Assembly (NCBI GenBank): GCA_964016885.1
Contig: OZ024743.1
Location: 9,672,001-9,736,000 of the forward strand
Source of the DNA: Eledone cirrhosa
Lineage: Eukaryota
Length of the DNA stretch: 64,000 nt
Direction: 5' to 3'
The notes beneath the pieces were generated by a model. That model searched no databases. It had not been told where the DNA came from and saw only the letters and a list, made by a program, of their open reading frames with translations. The translations under genes and the position numbers were made by a program. Within the stretch, counting starts at the first letter, position 1. The number at the start of each line of letters is the position of its first letter. Below are positions 1-13,739 of this stretch, one piece after another.

Positions 1-1647
1 CTGTCTTCTTGAGTGTTTTATGAAAGATAGGTAAGAGCGGCAAGATTGACTATGTTGAATAGGCCTACTCTGACAGGAGTAAAGAAACCGGGAGAGGGCC
101 CTTTCAATGTTCCTGCGGCAACAAAACCATATAGGGATTTATGTGAGGTTTTGCCTGGGATTATCGTAGGCACATTTGTTATTCTTTTCATTCGTTATCA
201 TGACTTTTTGTTATCATTAGTGTTACTGCTATATTTACTGTTTTCTATTTATTTATGTCTCCTTTTCTTTACTCGATGTAAACCCACTCTGTATTGACTT
301 TCGTCCTTGCAAGTCCCCAAAGTCATAGGTCCTTCTGGCTAATATATAATCACTATCATTCAGAAAATCTGATAATTATTGTAGCGTTATTCTTATGATT
401 GTTGCTTCTCCTGATATTTTTTTTATTGTTGCTATCTTGCTGATTAAATCTATTATAGGTTTTTATTAGTATATACTATTATATATTCACTAATACATCC
501 TTAGTGTCCTCCAGGTGTAACATAATTTTCTTTTACTAAAAGCTAAAGTAAATACAAATATCAATTAAATTGAGAATTTACAAATGATTAGATATTTCTT
601 AAAAGTTTTATAAAAAAAAAGAACCAGAACTAAAATAAAACAAGAAATATATTTTTCTTCAATAACGTTTCAATGATTCATAGTAATTTACAACTTCCTG
701 ACGCCTGTTATAAAAGAAAAAATATCCAATGCTTTAGAAAGAACTACATAATTGCCTTGTTGATGAGAAAGTCAACTTCTCGCAGATATATTGTTTAATT
801 AATTTTGCATTAAATTTCATGTAAACACTCCACAATCAGAACTGCGAAGTTATTCAATAAATACCGATATAATGAACAATTTTACTATCAGATGCTAACA
901 ATGAAGTTCAGCTTTGTCAAATCAATAATACATTTTATCTTTTGTTTATTCACTCGTTTTTTTTTTATCGGGGCTTTCATTAATTAATGTATATATGGCG
1001 CCATAATTTTTCAACGATGATTTGAGTGGACATATTTAGAAATTATAATGGACAGTATATTATCTAGCAGGACACACCGACATTATTCCATATTCTAATC
1101 TTCGGTATTTCTCTTTCGAATATCTTAATAAATTATTTAGCAGTTTCGAGCCTTAGGTGTGCGCCTCATCGAAGTCTTTATCCTTCTACATCGTTATTTT
1201 TGAAAATCCATAATCCGACAACATTTAAGATTTAACTGATTTAGTACAAATAAAGCTGGCAGCTTGAAGTTTATTGGTTAATTTGAATTTGTATTTGATT
1301 TTGCATGCTACCTCTACGTGTTGCAACTTGTGGCTGTTTCCGAATCTTATTTATTTTTTCTTTGTAATTTTGGCCGCCGCAGAGAAGCATTAGTTTACTT
1401 GAATTGTTCATCGTTTTTATATGCAAATAATTTATTGATTCATGTAAATGACAGATTCGGACTATAAAAATTATCTAAGGTATGAGATAGTATCAATGAG
1501 TTAAAGATGCTTTGGTAGAAGAGAAATAAGAGTGGGATGCTCAATAAATTATAAGACTCATAGACATATGTATATCTGTGCACTGGTCTTTACCACGCTG
1601 ATATATCTACCTATTGTACCTCCTGACTGACAGAGAGAAGGAAGTAG

Positions 1648-1730
1648 AATTTAAACTCAGAACGCAAGGAGCCGGATTAAATATCACGAATAATTCCGTT
1701 CTGCCCCTTAACAATTCCACCAATCCACCG
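1648..1730 (-). mobile_element. Diverged tRNA-derived SINE head
   Basis: The reverse complement reads cggtggattggtggaattgttaag...cgttctgagtttaaattc, matching the head of the SINE at 2664. Confidence 0.55.
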
Positions 1731-1735
1731 ATTTT

Positions 1736-1900
1736 GAGGGTCGTACGCGATGTATTTACACGGCCCTTTCCATTCTGAGTTCAAATCCCGCCAAGGTTAA
1801 CTTTGCCTTTCATCCCTACGGGGTCGATAAAATAAAGTACCAGTAATACACTGGGTAATTGCTGGCCTTGTGCCATTGTGCAAAAGTAGAAACAATTATT
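1736..1900 (+). mobile_element. tRNA-derived SINE, 5'-truncated copy
   Basis: B-box gagttcaaatccc, central gcctttcatcc...ggggtcgataaaataaagtaccag and tail agaaacaattatt are shared with four other copies in the window. Confidence 0.85.
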
Positions 1901-2024
1901 TATTCATTTTGAATGGATAAAGCCAAAGTTAATCTCAATGGAAATTGAACGTAGGGGGCAAACATCCAGTTCAAATGAGCAAATATTTAACTCAATGCTC
2001 TAACGACCCCCCTCTCTCTCCCCT

Positions 2025-2055
<31 letters not shown>

Positions 2056-2180
2056 ATCTCTCTTTCTCTCTGTATATATATATATATATATTCAGTCATT
2101 AATAATTAATTGATATATATATATTTTAATGTTTTAGATTTATTGATCCATCCCGGCTAAGGCTATGCTGGTGCACCGAC

Positions 2181-2197
2181 TCACACATACACACACA

Positions 2198-2283
<86 letters not shown>
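2181..2283. repeat. (CA)n microsatellite
   Basis: Directly visible. Confidence 0.98.
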
Positions 2284-2286
<3 letters not shown>

Positions 2287-2469
2287 GTCTATTATTCCTT
2301 CTTATAATATTTTACATAGCTCTGATATTGTGTCAATTTAATTATTTCGATTATTTTGTCTCTCATAATCATAGAGCAACACTGGTTAAGGTGGACAACA
2401 TACAACCTCACATACTTGTGAAATATATGTTTATATATACATGTATATGTATGTATGCACATATATCTA

Positions 2470-2656
2470 GGATTGGCAGTACCAGTAGAGGGTCGGACGC
2501 CATGCTTTGACGCATAGAGTTACGGCCCTTGCCATTCTGAGTTCATATCCCGCCGAGGTTAACTTTGCCTTTCATCCTTTCGGGGTCGATAAAATAAAGT
2601 ACCAGTAATACACTGGGTTAATTGCTGGCCTTGTGCCAAAAGTAGAAACAATTATT
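2470..2656 (+). mobile_element. tRNA-derived SINE (central domain resembling MetaSINEs)
   Basis: Near-identical to 2664-2856. A/B-box-like head and conserved central domain. The superfamily label is from recall of the MetaSINE consensus. Confidence 0.85.
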
Positions 2657-2663
2657 GTCTCTA

Positions 2664-2856
2664 AGGGCGGTGGATTAGCAGTATCGGTAGAGGGTCGGAC
2701 GCCATGCTTTGACGCATAGAGTTACGGCCCTTGCCATTCTGAGTTCAAATCCCGCCGAGGTTAACTTTGCCTTTCATCCTTATCGGGTCGATAAAATAAA
2801 GTACCAGTAATGTACTGGGTTTGCTGGCCTTGTGCCTAACGTAGAAACAATTATTG
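2664..2856 (+). mobile_element. Full-length tRNA-derived SINE inserted at the tail of the previous copy
   Basis: Starts gggcggtggattagcagtatcggtag, has B-box gagttcaaatccc, and is flanked by the duplicated ttattgtctctaa. Confidence 0.9.
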
Positions 2857-3259
2857 TCTCTAACTCCCTCACGGTAGAGTAACCACGGAAGTAAAGTGAC
2901 TGCTTTCAAGCAAACATTATATACACTTCCAGTCAAACTTACAACCCCTCTGTAGCCTATGTATCATATCAATATCTCCCTCCGCCTTCTGAGATATTTT
3001 TCACTGCTACAAGAGATTAATCCCCTTTCTTGACCGGTGTATCACGTGATAGAGTCTCCCTCCGCCTTTTTGAGATTTTTTCACATGCTACGGACGTATG
3101 TAGTTAAGGCTCTTCCCTGAGGTGCTCCCTTGATAAGCTGGCTTACCTCACAACAATGTTACATATCTATGATATAACATTGTTGCATAGTGACCAGCGA
3201 AACTGTACAGTCGGGACGAAGAAAAAATAGGTATATTGTGTCTATTATTCCTTCTTATA

Positions 3260-3266
<7 letters not shown>

Positions 3267-3338
<72 letters not shown>

Positions 3339-3394
3339 ATGGTTAGCATATTACTTACAAAGGTTCTCTCGCATTTACACGCACTAAAACACAC

Positions 3395-3458
<64 letters not shown>

Positions 3459-3465
3459 ACACACA

Positions 3466-3502
<37 letters not shown>
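3267..3502. repeat. (TA)n/(TG)n and (CA)n microsatellites
   Basis: Directly visible. Confidence 0.97.
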
Positions 3503-3504
<2 letters not shown>

Positions 3505-3997
3505 ATAGAGGCACATGGTTTCATACTCATTACTTGTATCATTGCTGATAATAGTAGAAAATCATTTACAACTTACGCCTGAATTACCCGCAATCATAGA
3601 AAGTAAATAACAGAAATTGAATAACAAAAATGTCATCAGGCAGTAGAACGTGATTAAGCAAAAGATTCACATCCTTTAATCAAATAAGCAATGTAATTAA
3701 AATATTTCAAATAATATTTCTTCGATTCTGCTACAGGTGTCAGTTATTATTGTTTTGTGGGAAGTTAAAAATCTGAAAACTCAATAGATATAAATTTCTT
3801 TCGTCACACAAAATATTCCTGTCGGTAGTCAGGGTTTATTTTACATCAACCTTTAAATAAATGTTTCTGATTCGTTATTTTTTTGTTTAATATTCACATT
3901 TAATAAAACCCAGACCCCTATACTCACAAACACATTCACATTCACACATATACATGTGCATATTAATACCTTCCTATCTACCTCTCTCTCTGCCACC

Positions 3998-4478
<481 letters not shown>

Positions 4479-4529
4479 AAGATAAATATATGTATATATA
4501 TAGATAAATATGATAAATACGCGGAAATA

Positions 4530-5690
4530 AAAACAACTATAAACCCCCATTTTCCTGCAGCAAATTGCATCTGCACAGAGGCTTTGAACAGAAGCCCCCT
4601 CACTTCACCAGATAACAAACCTTTATATGGACAAATTGACAATCATATTAACCACATATACCCTCATTTCCATGCAGCTTCCTTCTTCGTATATGTTTAC
4701 ATATGTATCTCCTATTTTGCATCTATGTATTTTATGTATTTTTTGTATTTTTTGTGTATGTTATATTTTGCATTTTTTTGTTTGTTTTGTTCCATGTGAT
4801 AGAGATATTAACTATGTATTCGCCTAACTACTACATTTCATACTGTAATTTACCCTCCGTTCTACTGTACGATACTATCGTTCAATATGTAGATAATATA
4901 TCTGTAACATTGATCCCACTTTCAAAACTTCTTACTATAACTTAAACATCTCCCTATTTATTAGTTATTATATGTACATATATTTTTTACTTACTTCAAT
5001 CTAGATTCTAACTTGAACATTTTTTTTAATTTTTGACTTTTGATTTTTAATTTTTAGTGTTAATTTCCAACTCTCATTCATAATTTCTACTGTGAAACCA
5101 TAATACCTAGAAATAAGTATATATTCTCTTAGCGGTTGATGGTCAATTCTACGGTCCATGCTTATTTGGGGTAGTATTGAGGCCTATTGACACTCATACT
5201 CTCCCACCCCACTAGTTTTCGGCCGGCTGCCACTAACAGGGTGGCTAGCATTAAGCTATAACCGTGTCATATTACAGGCCTGGATGGGGGTCATTGTTTC
5301 GTTGAGCGGGGACCTGCCTAGGCGAGTTTCGTAGAACTCTGCGGTAGTTGATGATCAACTTCCTTCGGACTTGCGCCTGCGCAGACCGGTGAAGTGAATT
5401 GAGACTCACAAGGGAACAGGCGAAGAACTCAAGAGCACATGTCGATTCAATTTGGATTGCCTCAGAAACATAACCTTATTATGTAACAAGCTGTCTGATG
5501 ATGTCATGGAACTGGGCGCACCAACCTGTGTGGCCACTGTTGTCATTGAAATATATATCACAGCATTATTATTAAAGGACTTTAACATCTGAAACTACTT
5601 CGCTTTTTCTTATTCGATATATAATCCGTCACTCCTGTGTGGAAAAAGTACGTTGAGTGCTTGAAATGAATTGCATCAATATTTATCTTA
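4530..5690 (+). mobile_element. Probable Penelope-like 3' region/pLTR
   Basis: Lies between (TA)n tracts and contains a minimal hammerhead plus the ACTC..GAGTGCT motif. No recognisable ORF; the 5' boundary is uncertain. Confidence 0.5.
5490..5564 (+). ncRNA. Type I hammerhead ribozyme
   Basis: gctgt-CTGATGA-(imperfect long stem II)-GAAA-tatata-TC-acagc. Predicted cleavage after ATC at 5559. Confidence 0.8.
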
Positions 5691-5717
5691 AGTATATATA
5701 TATATATATATATAAAT

Positions 5718-5775
5718 ATACACGGGTGTGTATGATTGTGTATAGAAGATTGTATTAATAAAAGGAATTCCAACT

Positions 5776-5777
<2 letters not shown>
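5718..5777 (+). repeat. ~60-bp dispersed repeat; inverted copy at 10641-10700
   Basis: tacacgggtgtgtatgattgtgtatagaagattgtattaataaaaggaattccaactt is the reverse complement of 10641-10700. Confidence 0.85.
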
Positions 5778-5835
<58 letters not shown>

Positions 5836-5973
5836 TATGCAGAGGTTATATTTAATTTGTTGGGATTCAACAAGCTTAAACATTTTTTATAACTGAAATA
5901 AAGCACTCAACAGTTAGTGGAGTAAATATACAATATATTAACAAATGGAAATTATATTTATAAAACCTTTTTT

Positions 5974-6037
5974 ATTTTATTATACATATTTCAAGGGCCA
6001 CCAATGCAAATTATGGTGCGCTTTCATCAAATAAAAT
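5974..6037 (-). ncRNA. Hammerhead ribozyme, core mutated (TTGATGA)
   Basis: Minus strand: attttat-TTGATGA-aagcgcacc..ggtggccctt-GAAA-tatgta-TA-ataaaat. Confidence 0.7.
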
Positions 6038-6180
6038 ACAATACAGAATTAGTTTTATAAATAAATATTGACATATCCTGGAAAAATCTAATATCTCCAC
6101 TATCCAGGAAGCTCCAACCGTTAAGGTTGTCTTTTTTCAGGGTATGTCAATATTTATTTATAAAACTAATTCTGTATTGT

Positions 6181-6244
6181 ATTCTATCTAATGAAAGCGC
6201 ACCATAATTTGCCTTGGTGGCCCTTGAAATATGTATAATAACAT
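6181..6244 (+). ncRNA. Hammerhead ribozyme, core mutated (CTAATGA)
   Basis: attctat-CTAATGA-aagcgcacc..ggtggccctt-GAAA-tatgta-TA-ataacat. Confidence 0.65.
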
Positions 6245-6315
6245 AAATATGGTTTTATAAATATAGTTTCCATTTGTATATTGTATATACATATACATTT
6301 GTATGTTGTATATAC

Positions 6316-7460
<1,145 letters not shown>

Positions 7461-7593
7461 TAATAATAATAATAATAATAATAGTAATAATAATAAAATT
7501 GAAGAGTAAAATCCAAAGAGGGCTCGATAAGGATAAATATATATCAAATATATAAGGACCGTAGAGCAAATATTTATTAAAATAACAGATTAA

Positions 7594-7644
7594 AGTTTAA
7601 GCAAAGAATCGCTGCTTTCACCCTTAACGGGATCTTCTGAAACT
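7594..7644 (-). ncRNA. Hammerhead-like motif with variant core CAGAAGA (also at 10343-10393 + and ~12168-12217 -)
   Basis: Minus strand: agttt-CAGAAGA-tccc gttaa gggt-GAAA-gcag..ttgc-TT-aaact. All three stems can form in this copy; U4 is replaced by A. Confidence 0.5.
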
Positions 7645-8156
7645 AACAAAGTCAATCTGTAAACGCAGAACTGGATATTTCAAAAAACGTTGCAACCGGA
7701 GGAAGACAGGAAGACGATACTTTGGTTTGTGGAAACGTTCGCTGGCAAAGAACGGGAAAAAACGAATATACGTCATTAATAGGAGCGGTGAAAAACAATT
7801 ACGCGCAAAGACAGAACCACGTTTATGGTATAAAAGAGGTCGTAGACTAATGTTCTCTTAGGTGGTGCATAGAGACGTTCTCTGGCAATGAACGAAAAAA
7901 CGAAGATAATAAGTCATATGTGGAGCGTGGAGAACAATAGCACGCAAAGACAAAACCACGTAAATGGTATAGCAGAAGTCGTAGACTAAAATTCTAACTA
8001 GGAGACCAAATGAATCTCCGCTACAGAGTTAAGAACAAAGTAAATAAATACAATACAGAAGTAATAGAAATAAATAAATACATACACGCAAACAAATACG
8101 TACATACACAAGCATACGCAAAACCTTACCATAGGTATACAACCACGCACATATAA

Positions 8157-8191
<35 letters not shown>

Positions 8192-8499
8192 CTTGTGTAC
8201 AAATAAATAAATAATTATATAAACGTATATAAGTAAATAAATACGTATATAACAAGCGCACACACATACCTACATATAAATACACGAATGTTCGGAGATG
8301 TAAGTCAACTAAAACAAGAACTACACATATACACACACCCACCATACGTACGAACCTGCATACTCACGCAGACGCAAAACTCACGTATACACATAGCCAA
8401 ACCCTAAATACCAGAATATATAAAAATTATACGCCATAACAATCAAATATACGTACGAGAAGGTATATAACCTTCACAAAACATACAGGTAATATATAC

Positions 8500-9600
8500 T
8501 TACCTATGCAAATAAGTAAAGGAATAAACAAAACATATACTTAGCTCCCACATCAGGACGTAAAATATCCACGTATAGATCGTACTATCCGTTAGGGTAT
8601 AACGTGGGGCTGTAATACAGGAAAGTTTGTGCAATTTATGTTTACAAGCCGAAATTGCCTCAGATTTTTTGTTTAAGATGTGGTCTGTGGCGCAGAGGTC
8701 ACATGGTCTTTTATTTCCGTTATACGATCTAGCCCTAGCTAGGATCTCCCAGTGTAACTTATATTGGGTGTGGTTGTCTTTTAGACTCCAGATATAAGCT
8801 GAAAGTGACGTCATATTCCTTCTTAGAGGGTAACGAAAAGAATGAGTATGCATGTAAAGACGCTGCTTGAAACTATTGGCGGTTAACCCTATGTAGGCAC
8901 TACGGGACGTGGGTGTTACAACCTTACATTTGTAGACAATGTTACTAGAGAGGCATTTCCCGGATAGGGGGCAATCAGCCCGATTCCTACAATTACAGTT
9001 AGTACTAACTACAGGGTTGCACGTGTTCCTACGGCTAGGTAGTTTAGCTAAATTTGAAGCTGTGATGTTATGTGCAAGGTTAGGAGTCGTAGAGTAAGAA
9101 ATTTTAATAGTATTTCTATTAAAAATTTTACTATATTTATGTGTAGGGGGAAAATGCTTCGTAATAAGGGAAAGAAAGATCTTAGCTAATGGTGTGGCCA
9201 CCTCCATATTATATGGTGGGTTAAACCAACAAATGCGACGGGATCTATTTCTTCTAGATCTATTTTCGTACTCTGTATATGCTACCTTATCGACAAATCC
9301 ACTTCGACCAAGAGCTTCATTGTAATAAGTGGAATGGTCGTTGAAAATGCGCTCGTTGGTGGAAAGACGGGAAAGCCTCAACGAAACGTTTCTTACCGGG
9401 TTCTTGGTTATGCTGGCAGGATGGTTGGAATGCTTACTTATGTAATTAAACGTATCATTCGGCTTTCTATACGGGTAATACAACCCATTCAATAAATTGA
9501 GGGTAACGTCGAGGTAATTAACGACCGAGAGATTGGCCTCAACCCGTATAGAGAGGTTGAAGCCTTTAAAGAAGGCTGTGAGTTCTTTTCTGAACCTGTC
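8500..9600 (-). CDS. Penelope-like RT C-terminus, Cys linker and GIY-YIG endonuclease (truncated)
   Basis: The frame extends upstream of 9492 through NYLDVTL. Motifs: YRKP, SNHP, WFNPPY, CNCR..CPLSGKC, IVYKC...YIGLT..FKQR. Confidence 0.9.
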   Translation of the reverse strand, partial: DRFRKELTAFFKGFNLSIRVEANLSVVNYLDVTLNLLNGLYYPYRKPNDTFNYISKHSNHPASITKNPVRNVSLRLSRLSTNERIFNDHSTYYNEALGRSGFVDKVAYTEYENRSRRNRSRRICWFNPPYNMEVATPLAKIFLSLITKHFPPTHKYSKIFNRNTIKISYSTTPNLAHNITASNLAKLPSRRNTCNPVVSTNCNCRNRADCPLSGKCLSSNIVYKCKVVTPTSRSAYIGLTANSFKQRLYMHTHSFRYPLRRNMTSLSAYIWSLKDNHTQYKLHWEILARARSYNGNKRPCDLCATDHILNKKSEAISACKHKLHKLSCITAPRYTLTDSTIYTWIFYVLMWELSICFVYSFTYLHR

Positions 9601-10413
9601 GCTATGTGTATATGGGAGTTTTGCGTCTGCGTGAGTATGCAGGTTCGTACGTATGGTGGGTGTGTGTATATGTGTACTTCTTGTTTTAGTTGACTTACGT
9701 CTCCGAACATTCGTGTATTTATATGTAGGTATGTGTGTGCGCTTGTTATATACGTATTTATTTACTTATATACGTTTATATAATTATTTATTTATTTGTA
9801 CACAAGCATACACACACACACACACATATTTATATGTGCGTGGTTGTATACCTATGGTAAGGTTTTGCGTATGCTTGTGTATGTACGTATTTGTTTGCGT
9901 GTATGTATTTATTTATTTCTATTACTTCTGTATTGTATTTATTTACTTTGTTCTTAACTCTGTAGCGGAGATTCATTTGGTCTCCTAGTTAGAATTTTAG
10001 TCTACGACTTCTGCTATACCATTTACGTGGTTTTGTCTTTGCGTGCTATTGTTCTCCACGCTCCACATATGACTTATTATCTTCGTTTTTTCGTTCATTG
10101 CCAGAGAACGTCTCTATGCACCACCTAAGAGAACATTAGTCTACGACCTCTTTTATACCATAAACGTGGTTCTGTCTTTGCGCGTAATTGTTTTTCACCG
10201 CTCCTATTAATGACGTATTATTCGTTTTTTCCCGTTCTTTGCCAGCGAACGTTTCCACAAACCAAAGTATCGTCTTCCTGTCTTCCTCCGGTTGCAACGT
10301 TTTTTGAAATATCCAGTTCTGCGTTTACAGATTGACTTTGTTAGTTTCAGAAGATCCCGTTAATGGTGAAAGCAGCGATTCTTTGCTTTAACTTTAATCT
10401 GTTATTTTAATAA

Positions 10414-10466
<53 letters not shown>

Positions 10467-10800
10467 TTCAACTGTTGAAAATTGCCAACGTGACTGTCAC
10501 CACTGAATATGAACCTCAAGATTGCGAAAGCATGAGAGTACTTGTTCAATTAACATTTAAGATTTAATATTCTACCATACTATTTCATTATAATATCATT
10601 ATAATTTTGAAGGATTGTAAATAAACGAGTAAATCAGACAAAGTTGGAATTCCTTTTATTAATACAATCTTCTATACACAATCATACACACCCGTGTATA
10701 TTAATATATACAGTGAGTGTGTTCTGTTATTAATTCTGGCAATATTACACAAATATGACCCTCCCCAAGTATAACAATATATATATATATATATATATAT

Positions 10801-11408
10801 GGTGGCTGCCAACTCGTTTTCGAGTACGGCCACTACTTTATATCCATGTAGGAGAACCCCTACTGATGCGCTAAACAAGTGTGACTTTTTAGTCCAGCCA
10901 GCGACTTGAAAACTCTGGTACAAACACTACACTTGTGACAATTATTGACACATAGTGCTGGGCCCATGGTACCATATGACGAGAAGTGCAGAGAGATCTC
11001 CAGATATAAAGCAATGCCTGTGCCGTGAAGCTTTTATAGTGAGCAAAGGCACTGCACAAAACCAGTCCCACTCTCTTAACCAAGATGATATTTACCAAAA
11101 AGAAGAACAGGTCAACATCATTGGATACCATCAGGGTTGCAGGTGTTATATCAGAGTTTTCCTTCTCCTAGAATTCTGCCTTGACAAAGGCTAAGGGGTC
11201 ATCTCTCCCGGTGATTTTGGATGGCCATTGACTCTTAAGAGCTCCTTTGCCCTTTGACAGGTTTTGTTTTTAGTCCTGCAGGATGTCCAAAGTCACCCTC
11301 CTCACCAAGAAACCTTGGTGGGGTTGCCAGTTTAGTCGCCAACGACCCGACCATGAGACAGGTTGTACTGGGATACATGTTACCAGTAGCACCACTGGTG
11401 ACCTGACA
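10801..11408 (-). mobile_element. Probable degraded LINE (RTE-like) 5' fragment
   Basis: GC-richer island between microsatellites with a gggtcgttggcgactaaactggcaacccc leader. No intact ORF. Confidence 0.3.
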
Positions 11409-11462
11409 TATATATATATACATACATACATACATACATACATACATACATACATACATACA

Positions 11463-11498
<36 letters not shown>

Positions 11499-11502
11499 TA
11501 TA
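11409..11502. repeat. (TA)n/(TACA)n microsatellite
   Basis: Directly visible. Confidence 0.97.
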
Positions 11503-11770
11503 AATAATAATAAAATGTGGAGAGGAGGCACACTCTCTCCCTGTTTTCATAGCACGGACACTCTATCTCAAAATTATTTTTGAAAAGCATTTAGAAATGC
11601 GCAACCGGTAAAAACTTAAAAACTTAAAACCACAACTGAATACTAACCCATACAATCACTAATACTCTTTTATTCCTAATTAAACCATTTTTCAACTGTG
11701 AACAATTTGTCAGCATTTTCTATTCCGTTTACCAATATATAATAACTTGTGTGTTACACCTCTATTCTTT

Positions 11771-11775
<5 letters not shown>

Positions 11776-11831
<56 letters not shown>

Positions 11832-11840
11832 ATAATAATA

Positions 11841-11883
<43 letters not shown>

Positions 11884-11991
11884 ATAATATGTATATAGTA
11901 ATAATAATAATATATATATATGTATGTAATAATATGTATATAGTATATATATATGTATATAGTAATAATAGTAATAATAGTAATAATAATA

Positions 11992-12055
<64 letters not shown>
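11776..12055. repeat. Compound (TA)n/(TAA)n tract
   Basis: Directly visible. Confidence 0.95.
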
Positions 12056-12059
<4 letters not shown>

Positions 12060-13215
12060 ATAATAATAAATTTGAAGACTAAAATCCAAAGAGGGCTCGT
12101 TAAGAATAAATATATATCAAATATATAAGAGCCGTAGAGCAAAGATTTATTAAAATAACAGATTAAATGTTAAGCAAAGAATCGCTGCTTTCACCCTTAA
12201 CGGGATCTTCTGAAACTAAAAAAGTCAATCGGTGAACGCAGAAGTAAATATTTCAAAAATGTTGCAACCTAAGGAAGACAGGAAGATGATATTTTGGTTC
12301 CTGGAAACGATCCCTGGCAATGAACGGAAAAATCGAAGATTATACGTCATTATATGGAACGGTGACGACAATTACACGCAAAGACAAAACCACGTAAATG
12401 GTATAACTGGTATACTAAAATAATGGTAGACTAAAATTCTATTTAGGAAACCGAATGATTATCGGCTTCAGGGTTAAGAATAAAGTAAATAAAATACAGA
12501 GGTAATTGAAATTAAATAAATACATACACGCCTCCATATACGTACATACACAAGCATACGCGAACACACTCGCCATGGGTATGCAAATACAAGCACGTAC
12601 ACAAAAAAAAACACGCACGCCTGTACTCACGCAACGCCTGTATCCGCACACATACGAGCGTATACACCAAATACACATAAAAATATATATTTAAAAAAAA
12701 ATATATATATGTGTGTGTGTGCGTGTATACATATAATTAAATTAACGTATATAAATATACACACATAAATGAGTATATAACGCGCGCACACACATACCTA
12801 CATGTAAATACACATATGTTCGCAGACGTACGTCAACCAAAACACAAAGTACACATATACACACACCCTACATACGTACGAACCTGCATACTCACACAGA
12901 CGCAAAACTCACGTATACACATAACCAAATGCACATGTACCAGTATATATAATATATACGCCATAACATATACAAGCAAATATACGCATGAGAAAGTATA
13001 CGTATCTTCACAAAACATACAGGTAATACATACTTACCTATACAAATAAGTAATGGTATAAACATAACATATACTTAGTTACCACATCAAGACGTAAAAT
13101 ATCCGCGTATAGTTCGTACTATCCGTTAGGGTATAACGTGGGGCTGTAATACAGGAAAGTTTTGTGCAATTTATGTTTACAAGCCGAAATTGCCTCAGAT
13201 TTTTTGTTTAAGATA
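12056..13215 (-). mobile_element. Second, more truncated copy of the 7482-10420 Penelope-like family
   Basis: Colinear similarity to ~7482-8680, including the same terminus agtaataataataaa..gaagactaaaatccaaagagggctcg. Confidence 0.9.
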
Positions 13216-13739
13216 TACTCCATGTTCATTACACATTCTACTTCATTTTGGAACTCTTATACACACGGAAGAAATGAACAAGACCATTATAAAAGATTGT
13301 TAAACAAAAGCTGATGAATTCAGGCTTGCTTCTAACATACAGGAATGAGCTACCCAATAAAATGTTTGCCTGATCACAGAATAGTTAGTGTAATAGATAT
13401 CTGTATACCAGAATACATTCAACGAATCGAGTGCTCTTCTAGTTTTCGGATATATTATTCTAACTTCTAAATTCCTTTTGGGACATGCATTGTTAAAACT
13501 GAAAGCCATGAATGTCTGAGTAACAACAAGTAGGTCACCAGGACAATGCAAACCACCGTCAATGTCAGAGGAAATTGATCGTTCCCCGAGACAACCTCAA
13601 ATGCAGAACTTTTAATAAAATAATATCATTTTAGACCAGATGACTTTTTTCTCACAAAAATGAATTCGTGTATAAGTGAAATTATATAGTTTATCTGATG
13701 CAAAGATAAGAACAGAAGCTGAGAATCTTATTACTGCCC

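Larger units (their letters stand above)
5836..6290. mobile_element. Non-coding fold-back element with two opposed hammerheads (PLE-derived), copy 1
   Basis: Inverted repeat ~5927-6288 plus a ~90-bp left extension, flanked by (TA)n. Homologous to 49242-49645. Confidence 0.8.
7482..10420 (-). mobile_element. Penelope-like element, 5'-truncated, with inverted pLTR
   Basis: Minus copy 7482-9600 carries the RT end and GIY-YIG. 9601-10418 is an inverted near-identical copy of ~7570-8397. Confidence 0.92.

Noticed and set aside
46-530. 83-aa ORF and possible element fragment at the window start
   Set aside because: No recognisable motif on either strand.
2664-2755. tRNA gene
   Set aside because: The A/B boxes belong to a SINE head; no full cloverleaf.
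2974-3092. Two ~37-bp direct repeats (tctccctccgcctt..tgaga..ttttcac.tgctac), superficially CRISPR-like
   Set aside because: Only two imperfect units, eukaryotic context, no cas genes.
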